64,000 bases of DNA from an uncultured Lachnospiraceae bacterium. Lineage in GTDB: Bacteria > Bacillota > Clostridia > Lachnospirales > Lachnospiraceae. The notes below the pieces were generated by a model that saw nothing but the letters and a program-made list of their open reading frames with translations, did not search any database and had not been told where the DNA came from. A program made the position numbers and the translations under genes. Location: contig CALWLI010000019.1 of assembly GCA_944381485.1 (NCBI GenBank), positions 5,411 through 69,410 on the forward strand, in the 5' to 3' direction. Shown piece after piece: positions 46,420-53,787 of the stretch (position 1 is the stretch's first letter; every line of letters starts with the position of its first letter).

Positions 46420-46448
46420 AATATAGCATATTAGTAGGAATTAAACAA
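46420..46448 (-). promoter_or_regulatory. putative promoter of the adh-COG0523 operon
   Basis: On the minus strand: TTGTTT (46448-46443), 17-nt spacer, extended -10 TGCTATATT (TATATT at 46425-46420). Confidence 0.45.
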
Positions 46449-46475
46449 GACTAACAGTGGTTCTTCTGTATATTT

Positions 46476-47756
46476 TTACAGCTCGGGTCTTTCGTCAAGA
46501 GAGGGGTTAAGCTTTAAGAGACAGGCGCTGAAGATAAGATTGAGCATGGCCGAACTGTCATCCAAGGGGAGATCAAAGAGCTCCTCTATCCTCGTAAGCC
46601 TGTACTGTACAGTATTTTTGTGCACCTTAAGTTCTTTTGCGGTTTTTTCACGGTCTTTGATATTTAGAAGAAAGGCACAGAGGGTCTTTTCATACTCCGT
46701 TTTGTACTCCCTGTCATACTTTTTAATCTGAAAAAAAACAGGGTGGATGAAGGTGTAGCCGAGATTGGCCTTTATAAGCACAGACAGGGCCGGCAGAGGC
46801 ATGAGATCGAGGAAAACAGCTCTCTTTTTAAGCCTAAGCTCTCCCCCAAGGCGGGCGCACAGAAGAGCCTGACGATAGTGATACCTTGTGAGGCCGAGAT
46901 CGGAAAAGCTGTTGCTGAGCCCGGGCTTTATGTCATATTGCTCAAAGTACTCAAACAATTCATTTACCGTAAGATTGTTTTCGGGACGCAGGACGGGATC
47001 TGAAGCATTATATCGTATCTCACCTATAAGTATTACGAAGGAGTGAGAGTGGAATACTATAACCGTATTTTTGTACTTTTCTCTGAGCTTGTTGAGAGAC
47101 GCCTCCACAAGGGCATACTGGGCTGCATAATTGTTGAGTGGAGCCACAAGAACAGCAAATCGACCGGAAAGTGATGTGGAGACAGCCTCTATTGAAGAAT
47201 TGAGGAGATACCCGGGAGTCCCTGAATTCAGCAGATTTTCCAATCTCAAGGCAAGAGAACTGCTCCTGTAGTCATCGTGTCTGAAGCTTCCTGAAAGGTT
47301 CAACTCTATCATATGAAGGACGAGAGATACAAGCTCAAGATCATCCTTGTTTTCAGGTGCATTTCCGGGGCAGACCACAAGATGGCCGTATATGTTTCCG
47401 CTGTGCACAAGCTCCCCCAAAATGAGGGGATCTCCCGAGCAGATCCCTCTTTTTGCATAGAAGGGCGCATAATAATTGGAGCTTTTAAGTTTGTTCTGCA
47501 TAAGGAGCCTATATACGGATTTATCTCCCAGACGATTATTTTTTATCATACATTGAAGCTCGGGTATCTTCTCAGGCTCCTTAGGATAGGAGGCTATGAC
47601 CCTGAAGCTCTCATCAAAAAGAATTACCGGGTAAGAAAATATCTTTCCCGCCTCCTCTATAACTCCCATAAGCCCTGAACTGCGGGATGCCTCCATAAGT
47701 CTCCAGTTAGCGTGCAGTAAAGTTTCACTAGGATAATTTTTGCTTCTGTCTTCCAT
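46476..47756 (-). CDS. PucR/CdaR-family transcriptional regulator
   Basis: The C-terminal HTH TAKELKVHKNTVQYRLTRIEELFDLPLDD is the PucR_C signature. Long N-terminal sensory region. 426 aa. Confidence 0.85.
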   Translation of the reverse strand: MEDRSKNYPSETLLHANWRLMEASRSSGLMGVIEEAGKIFSYPVILFDESFRVIASYPKEPEKIPELQCMIKNNRLGDKSVYRLLMQNKLKSSNYYAPFYAKRGICSGDPLILGELVHSGNIYGHLVVCPGNAPENKDDLELVSLVLHMIELNLSGSFRHDDYRSSSLALRLENLLNSGTPGYLLNSSIEAVSTSLSGRFAVLVAPLNNYAAQYALVEASLNKLREKYKNTVIVFHSHSFVILIGEIRYNASDPVLRPENNLTVNELFEYFEQYDIKPGLSNSFSDLGLTRYHYRQALLCARLGGELRLKKRAVFLDLMPLPALSVLIKANLGYTFIHPVFFQIKKYDREYKTEYEKTLCAFLLNIKDREKTAKELKVHKNTVQYRLTRIEELFDLPLDDSSAMLNLIFSACLLKLNPSLDERPEL

Positions 47757-47958
47757 AGCCCTAAACCTCCTGAATAATGTATAGCCGCTTTGATATCATA
47801 CGAGGGCAAAGCTTATTTCATATAAAAATACTATTAAATACTATAAGAATAATATAAGACGACTTTGCGACAAAAGCAAACCTTTGTTTTTTGACCAAAA
47901 AGATCCGCCACATTTGGTGTGATAAGACAAGACTAAAAAATGTGTATCAGCTATAATT

Positions 47959-47988
47959 CAGGTATAAAGAAAGCAGGTATAAAGAAAG
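47959..47988 (+). repeat. perfect tandem duplication of a 15-bp unit in the PucR / aldehyde dehydrogenase intergenic region
   Basis: CAGGTATAAAGAAAG occurs at 47959-47973 and again at 47974-47988, immediately downstream of a TATAAT at 47952-47957. Confidence 0.9.
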
Positions 47989-48036
47989 AACTGATTATAT
48001 TAAAAATATACAAATACACAGAAAGGGAGAGGAAAA

Positions 48037-49521
48037 ATGAAAGTTAAATTAGATGAGCTCTATAAGCTCTATATCGACGGAAAGTGGGTAGAGGCTTCAG
48101 ACAAGGGCACCTTTGAGACCAAAGACCCTGCTACAGGCGAGCACCTTGCCTACTGCTCGGAAGCCACAAGAGAAGATGTCGACAGCGCCGTAAAAGCGGC
48201 ATGGAGAGCCTACCCCGCATGGAAGGCTGTGGAGCCTTCAAAGAGAGCTGAGATCCTTTTAAAGATCGCGGACAGGATAGACGAGAACAAGGAGCTTTTG
48301 GCCACTGTTGAGAGCATGGACAACGGAAAGCCCATCAGAGAGACCATGAACATAGATGTGCCATATTCCTCAGATCATTTTCGCTATTTTGCAGGAGCCA
48401 TACGAACTGAGGAGGGAGCTGCAAGTGTTCTGGACGGAAACTTTTTAAATATTATACTTAGAGAGCCTCTTGGAGTTGTGGGACAGATAGTACCCTGGAA
48501 CTTCCCTTTCCTGATGGCGGCGTGGAAGCTCGCCCCTGCTCTTGCAGCAGGCAACTGTATAGTTTTAAAGACATCCTCCTCCACACCCTTAAGCGCATAT
48601 GTGCTTATGCAGCTTATCGGGGACCTTCTTCCTGCGGGAGTGGTGAATGTCATAAGCGGAAAGGGATCAAAATCAGGACAGTATATGCTGGAGCACGATG
48701 GATTCAGAAAGCTGGCCTTCACAGGATCCACAGAGGTCGGACTTGAGGTTGGAAAGGCTGCCGCCGACAAGCTGATACCCTCAACCCTTGAATTGGGAGG
48801 AAAGAGCGCCAACATCTACTTTGACGACTGCAAGTGGGATATGGCTATAGACGGGCTGCAGCTGGGCATACTTTTCAACCAGGGGCAGGTATGCTGCGCA
48901 GGATCCAGGGTTTTTGTTCAGGAGGGCATATATGATAAATTTGTCGATGCCGCTGTAAAAGCCTTCGGAAAGATAAAGGTAGGAGATCCCCTTGACCCCG
49001 ACACACAAATGGGAGCCCAGATAAACGAGGGTCAGGTAAAGAAGATCCTTTCTTATATGGATATTGCAAAAAAGGAGGGGGCAAAGATCGCCTGCGGAGG
49101 AGAGAGATATGCAGAAGGCGACTGTGCTAAGGGAAGCTTCTTTAAGCCCACTCTCATAACTGATGTGACGAACGATATGAGAGTCGCCAGAGAAGAGATA
49201 TTCGGGCCTGTGGCTGTTGTCATAAAGTTTAAGACCGAGGAGGAGGTCATTGCCATGGCCAATGATTCCGAGTACGGACTGGGCGGAGCTGTGTGGACCA
49301 GGGATATAAACCGAGCCTTGAGAGTATCAAGAGCTGTTGAGACCGGGCGTATGTGGGTAAATACCTATAATCAGATCCCTGTTGGAGCGCCTTTCGGAGG
49401 ATATAAGAATTCCGGGATCGGCCGTGAAACCCACAAGGTCATCCTTGACCACTATACCCAGCAGAAAAATATACTTATAAACCTTAACGAGTCCCCCAGC
49501 GGCTTCTACCCTGAAAAGTAG
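48037..49521 (+). CDS. NAD(P)-dependent aldehyde dehydrogenase
   Basis: 494 aa. VPWNFPFLMAAWKLAPALAAGN, FTGSTEVG, catalytic ELGGKS and FNQGQVCCAGSR. Confidence 0.93.
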   Translation: MKVKLDELYKLYIDGKWVEASDKGTFETKDPATGEHLAYCSEATREDVDSAVKAAWRAYPAWKAVEPSKRAEILLKIADRIDENKELLATVESMDNGKPIRETMNIDVPYSSDHFRYFAGAIRTEEGAASVLDGNFLNIILREPLGVVGQIVPWNFPFLMAAWKLAPALAAGNCIVLKTSSSTPLSAYVLMQLIGDLLPAGVVNVISGKGSKSGQYMLEHDGFRKLAFTGSTEVGLEVGKAAADKLIPSTLELGGKSANIYFDDCKWDMAIDGLQLGILFNQGQVCCAGSRVFVQEGIYDKFVDAAVKAFGKIKVGDPLDPDTQMGAQINEGQVKKILSYMDIAKKEGAKIACGGERYAEGDCAKGSFFKPTLITDVTNDMRVAREEIFGPVAVVIKFKTEEEVIAMANDSEYGLGGAVWTRDINRALRVSRAVETGRMWVNTYNQIPVGAPFGGYKNSGIGRETHKVILDHYTQQKNILINLNESPSGFYPEK

Positions 49522-49554
49522 AAGACCGAAAATAATAACTTTAAAAACAAAAAT

Positions 49555-49605
49555 AAATACACCGGCAAATGGGGATTTGCTCCTCCTGCCGGTGTATTTG
49601 TGTAT
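49555..49605. terminator. bidirectional intrinsic terminator
   Basis: 13-bp stem AAATACACCGGCA (49555-49567) / TGCCGGTGTATTT (49587-49599). An A-run precedes it and a T-rich tail follows. It lies between convergent genes. Confidence 0.65.
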
Positions 49606-49623
49606 TGTAAAACATAAAATAAT

Positions 49624-50427
49624 TTATTCCACGGAAAGATTACTTTCAGCCCTCCACCTGAGAACATAGCTTTCTATTTTTGCAAAAACGAAATTTGTAA
49701 TAAGACCTATAAGCATAAGTATTATTATAGTCGACATAACTCTTTCTATTCTGAAGAAGGAGGAGGCGTAGGTGACCATCCATCCAAGTCCACCTGAGGC
49801 TCCCAGATATTCACCTATTATAGCACCTACCATACAGGCGCTTATCCCCATGCGCATACCTGAGAGTATCCAAGGCATGCAATAGGGAATAACTACGTTT
49901 GTCAACACATCTATCTTCCGTGCACCTAATATAACTGCTGATTCAATAAGCTTTTGATCGATGTTCTTTATAGAATCATAGGTTGAAAAAAATACATTAA
50001 AGAATACCATAAGCCCTGATAAAAAGACTTTGGATTCCAGCCCCACCCCAAACCAAAGTATGTAAAGTGGAGCCAGAGTAAGCTGGGGTATACCCTGTAT
50101 TGCCGTTATTATAGGGACCAATACCTTGCCCAAAAATGAAAATTGACTGAACAGTACGCCCAGTATAAGGCCTGCCCCACATCCCAGAAAGAAACCCAGA
50201 TAAGCTTCCTCAAGAGTTATTGCCAAATTGTGAGCAAGGTCTCCGCTTGAAGCAAAAACTATGAGATCTGAGAATAACTCGCTGGGGTAGCTTGTATAAA
50301 ATGATATTTTATCGGAATTTTTAGCCACCTCTTCCCATAAAATAAAGAAAATGATTATTATAGTACACCTTACAAGAAGAGAACCGGAAGTTTTATTTTT
50401 GCTTTTTTTGGTAATAAGTTTCTCCAT
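49624..50427 (-). CDS. ABC transporter permease (NitT/TauT/SsuC-type, BPD_transp_1)
   Basis: 267 aa with about 6 TM helices. EAA-like region ESAVILGARKIDVLTNVVIPYCMPWILSGMR. Confidence 0.85.
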   Translation of the reverse strand: MEKLITKKSKNKTSGSLLVRCTIIIIFFILWEEVAKNSDKISFYTSYPSELFSDLIVFASSGDLAHNLAITLEEAYLGFFLGCGAGLILGVLFSQFSFLGKVLVPIITAIQGIPQLTLAPLYILWFGVGLESKVFLSGLMVFFNVFFSTYDSIKNIDQKLIESAVILGARKIDVLTNVVIPYCMPWILSGMRMGISACMVGAIIGEYLGASGGLGWMVTYASSFFRIERVMSTIIILMLIGLITNFVFAKIESYVLRWRAESNLSVE

Positions 50428-51199
50428 ATTTAATCTCTGTTTCCAAATTATCTGTTTTAATCAAATGTTTTTCAATTAGTTTTTTTCTCTCATCTGTTTC
50501 GACCGCATTTACAGTTTCAAGAATACCTTTTGCTATACCATTTGCCATACTAAACGGAAAACCGCACATTATCTCAGCATTGCCCCATTTACATCTGTAC
50601 CTGGTTCCTGCACAGAGAAAAGATATGTTTATTGAGTGAGTTTTTAAAGGTAAAACCGAACACTCGGTACAGACTGCACGATTCCCTGAAGCGCAGAGAC
50701 CATGGGGAAGGCCGTAAATATAGGTATAGCCCTCAAGGATCCGCATGATGCCAAAGGAATCTGATATTACAAGGACAATATCAGGATCGCCTTCGTTTTC
50801 GTAAGCATATAATGGCTTGATAACTGCGGCAAGAGTTCCACTGGAAGCATTTCCTAAAACAGGCAAGTCATGATTCACTTTTGAGGCGACAGAACGGTCT
50901 TTGAACAGCCCCATCTTTTCGCCCTGTTCTCCTGAAAAATACCCATCTTTTGGGGTGGTGAAACCTAGCGCACAGCTGCTGCCGGCACAGCCTGACATAT
51001 CCTTCCTTATTTTAACAGAATGACCTGACATTGCGCTTTTTACAGCTACACAGTATGCTATAGGCTTGATTACTTCAATGCCGGAATAAGAAGAATACTC
51101 TTCGATGTTGAACTCGTCAAAAAATTTGACACCTACAACATGCCTTTTAAGCTCAAGTAAAGAATGAAATTTATCATATAATTTTTGGGGACTATCCAA
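50393..51199 (-). CDS. DUF169 (COG2043, ArCR) family protein, Cys-rich
   Basis: TTG start. VVGVKF...IAYCVAV...SGCAGSSCALGF...DPDIVLVI...CASGNRAVCTECSVLP...SFLCAGTRYRCKWGNAEIMCGFP matches the DUF169 pattern as I recall it. Overlaps the ATPase gene by 8 nt and the permease gene by 35 nt. Confidence 0.7.
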   Translation of the reverse strand: MDSPQKLYDKFHSLLELKRHVVGVKFFDEFNIEEYSSYSGIEVIKPIAYCVAVKSAMSGHSVKIRKDMSGCAGSSCALGFTTPKDGYFSGEQGEKMGLFKDRSVASKVNHDLPVLGNASSGTLAAVIKPLYAYENEGDPDIVLVISDSFGIMRILEGYTYIYGLPHGLCASGNRAVCTECSVLPLKTHSINISFLCAGTRYRCKWGNAEIMCGFPFSMANGIAKGILETVNAVETDERKKLIEKHLIKTDNLETEIKYGETYYQKKQK

Positions 51200-52208
51200 A
51201 AAAGATCACATCCTTTTTTTTAACAGACAAAAATACTTCTTCTCCAACTTTTAAATCTTCATTTAAGGAGAATATCCTGTCTGCAGATATTTTTAAGCTT
51301 CCTGTATTTATTGAATACCTGACTATATTTCCTTGAAGCATAACAGAAGAAATCCGACTTTTAACAATGAAATTTTCGTCAATATTTGAAGGATATTCGC
51401 CTGAAACTCTGAAAGCCTCAGGTCTTACAGCTATTTTCCCGTTTTGGGCGAAGCCGGATTTAAATATAGAATTAAAATCTTCGGAATCAAAAATGTTGTA
51501 GCTGCCGATGAATCCTGCCACGTAAGCTGTTTTGGGATAGGCATATATATCTTTTGGACTGCCTGACTGTTCGAGAATACCATCGTGAAAGAGATAGATT
51601 CGATCTGACATTCTCATTGCTTCCTCCTGATCATGGGTTACAAATACCGATGTCATATTGAGCTCTGTATGTATCTCTTTCAGATATATCTGAAGCTCTT
51701 TGCGCATCTTTGCATCTATTGCGCTGAAAGGTTCATCAAGAAACAGGACCTTTGGCTCCATGACAACACTCCTTCCTATAGAAACTCTCTGTTGCTCGCC
51801 GCCGGAGAGCTGATATGGATATTTGTTTTCGTGGCCCTTAAGTCCCAGCATTTCCAATACATGTTTTACTTTTTTGTCCGTCTGCTCTTTGGGGAGCTTT
51901 TGCATTCTCAGGCCAAAGGAAATATTGTTATATACTGTCATTGTCGGAAAAAGACAGTATTGCTGGAAGATCATTCCTATTCCTCTGTTTCCGGGAGGAA
52001 CACCTGCCATGTTTTTTTTGTCAATATATATTTCTCCGGAGTCGATTTTTTCCAGACCTATGAGACAACGGAGAAGTGTGGTCTTACCACAGCCTGAAGA
52101 ACCGAGAAGGGTAGCAAACTCACCCTTCTCAATGCACATATTGATATTTTTTAATACAGGTCTTCCGTCAAAAGATTTAAAAACATTTTTTACTTCGATA
52201 TAGCTCAT
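51192..52208 (-). CDS. ABC transporter ATP-binding protein with C-terminal TOBE-like domain (PotA/CysA/FbpC-like)
   Basis: Walker A GSSGCGKTTLL, Q-loop, signature LSGGEQQR, Walker B LFLDEPFSAID and H-loop THDQ. 338 aa. Confidence 0.9.
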   Translation of the reverse strand: MSYIEVKNVFKSFDGRPVLKNINMCIEKGEFATLLGSSGCGKTTLLRCLIGLEKIDSGEIYIDKKNMAGVPPGNRGIGMIFQQYCLFPTMTVYNNISFGLRMQKLPKEQTDKKVKHVLEMLGLKGHENKYPYQLSGGEQQRVSIGRSVVMEPKVLFLDEPFSAIDAKMRKELQIYLKEIHTELNMTSVFVTHDQEEAMRMSDRIYLFHDGILEQSGSPKDIYAYPKTAYVAGFIGSYNIFDSEDFNSIFKSGFAQNGKIAVRPEAFRVSGEYPSNIDENFIVKSRISSVMLQGNIVRYSINTGSLKISADRIFSLNEDLKVGEEVFLSVKKKDVIFFG

Positions 52209-52210
52209 TT

Positions 52211-53296
52211 TTATTTGTTCTCTTTATAGTTTTCTACAAATTCCATATCAACAACTTCGTTATAAGGTATATCAGTTTTTATGACTCCGGCTTCTTTAAG
52301 GGTTTTAATTATGGCAGATTGGCCTTCTTCTGAAATATAGCCGTCAGTGCTGTAAATATCTCTCATAATAGCTATTTCTTCTGCAAGGACAGAGGAGTCA
52401 AAATCTGCCAACATGGGAGATATTGACGCTGCCACTTCTTCATCGGTGTGACTCTGTATCCATTCCTCGGCACGTATAATCGCATTGACCATCTTTTGAC
52501 ATATCTCAGGATGCTCCTTGGCATAGGCTTTAGTAGTACATACTATCTCTGCAGGGAAATCAGTTGATCCGAGGTATTCCATGGCATCCCCTTCATCAAA
52601 ACAGCTTACCAAAGTATTGTATTCCACATCAGTGAGTTCGGCTGTTTTAAAGAGATTAATGAATGCGGCATCGATCTCACCGTTTGCAAGAGCCAAGGGT
52701 GCGGCATTTTGATCCATTTGGATAAATGTAACATCCCTTTCAGGATCTATACCATTTTTTTCGAGAGCTGTACATACAAATACATAGGGGGCGGAGCCGG
52801 GATCACTTGCATAGATTGTCTTCCCCTTTAACTGAGATACATCAGTTATGTCAGGAGAAGATATTATGCCGTACACTCTGGACTTAAGCATTGCAGCAAT
52901 ATTGTAGGATTCTATGCCTTCCTCCTCGGCAATCAAAAGAGGCTCTTGGGAGAGCATGCTGAATTCACACTGACCGGCATGCATAGCTTGAAAGCCTTTG
53001 GGGCCTCCCGGGGTTATAAATTCTACCTCAAGGCCCTCATCGGTGAAGAAACCTTCAGATTGCGCTACAAAGCAGGGAGCCCAGCTGACTTGTGTGATGG
53101 TGGAAAGCCCTACTTTTGTCAATTCCCCGGATTCGGAAGTGGAATCGACCTTTGAACTTTCAGGAGTATTTTCGTCAGTCTGTGCAGAGCTGCCGGAAGT
53201 TCCGCTTTTTGATACAGATTCAGCTCCGTTACCGCAGGCAGCAAGAAGTGACGCTGCAATTAAAGCTGAGACCGCATATTTTAGTACCTTTTTCAT
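52211..53296 (-). CDS. ABC transporter substrate-binding lipoprotein, NMT1/THI5/SsuA-like
   Basis: MKKVLKYAVSALIAASLLAACGN (lipobox) after GGAGG. WAPCFVAQSEGFFTDEGLEVEF is typical of NMT1-like binding proteins. The ORF-track start (53368) would swallow the promoter. Confidence 0.85.
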   Translation of the reverse strand: MKKVLKYAVSALIAASLLAACGNGAESVSKSGTSGSSAQTDENTPESSKVDSTSESGELTKVGLSTITQVSWAPCFVAQSEGFFTDEGLEVEFITPGGPKGFQAMHAGQCEFSMLSQEPLLIAEEEGIESYNIAAMLKSRVYGIISSPDITDVSQLKGKTIYASDPGSAPYVFVCTALEKNGIDPERDVTFIQMDQNAAPLALANGEIDAAFINLFKTAELTDVEYNTLVSCFDEGDAMEYLGSTDFPAEIVCTTKAYAKEHPEICQKMVNAIIRAEEWIQSHTDEEVAASISPMLADFDSSVLAEEIAIMRDIYSTDGYISEEGQSAIIKTLKEAGVIKTDIPYNEVVDMEFVENYKENK

Positions 53297-53339
53297 TGTT
53301 AGCCTCCTTGTTATATCTTGTATTAAAAATAACCAATTC

Positions 53340-53368
53340 ATAATATACGAATAAAATTTCTTTGTCAA
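53340..53368 (-). promoter_or_regulatory. sigma-A promoter of the ABC/DUF169 operon
   Basis: On the minus strand: TTGACA (53368-53363), 17-nt spacer, TATTAT (53345-53340). About 40 nt upstream of the SD and ATG at 53296. Confidence 0.6.
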
Positions 53369-53559
53369 TTCTGGAAGAATAGGAAATTAAATTCATAAAA
53401 ATAAATAAAATTTACAATAATTATCAAAAAAACTATGGAATAGTAAGGGGTTTAAGAAAAAAAATCATATTAATTCAATAGGAAAAATAACAAAAATTTA
53501 CTTATTTTTTTGCTGAATAAAAAATTTATTTATATAAAAAAATAATAGCAAAAAACTGC

Positions 53560-53588
53560 TTGCATCATTCATTCTTTAGTGCTATAAT
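53560..53588 (+). promoter_or_regulatory. sigma-A promoter of the carB leader
   Basis: TTGCAT 53560-53565, 17-nt spacer, extended -10 TGCTATAAT (TATAAT at 53583-53588). Confidence 0.6.
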
Positions 53589-53619
53589 ACCTCAAGTTTT
53601 GAACAGAGAGAGGTCTTAT

Positions 53620-53715
53620 ATGAAGATGATCGGAGCGGCACAGGAGAATAAGCTTTTCCTCATATCGCCGGAATATTTATCCTCATCTTTAGCCTCTTTT
53701 ATATTTGTAATTTAA
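53620..53715 (+). other. candidate 31-codon leader ORF in the carB 5' leader
   Basis: GAGG at 53610-53613, ATG at 53620. Encodes MKMIGAAQENKLFLISPEYLSSSLASFIFVI. The stop TAA at 53713-53715 overlaps the first bases of the terminator stem. Confidence 0.35.
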
Positions 53716-53762
53716 GGACTTGCGAAGGAACCTGTTAAGGGTTTCGGGCAAGTCCTTTTTTC
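53714..53762 (+). terminator. leader (attenuator) intrinsic terminator immediately upstream of carB
   Basis: AAGGACTTGC (53714-53723) pairs with GCAAGTCCTT (53748-53757), followed by TTTTT. It lies 26 nt before the carB ATG, so it sits inside the 5' UTR rather than at a gene end. Confidence 0.7.
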
Positions 53763-53787
53763 AGAAAAAATGTGAGGAGGAAGATGT

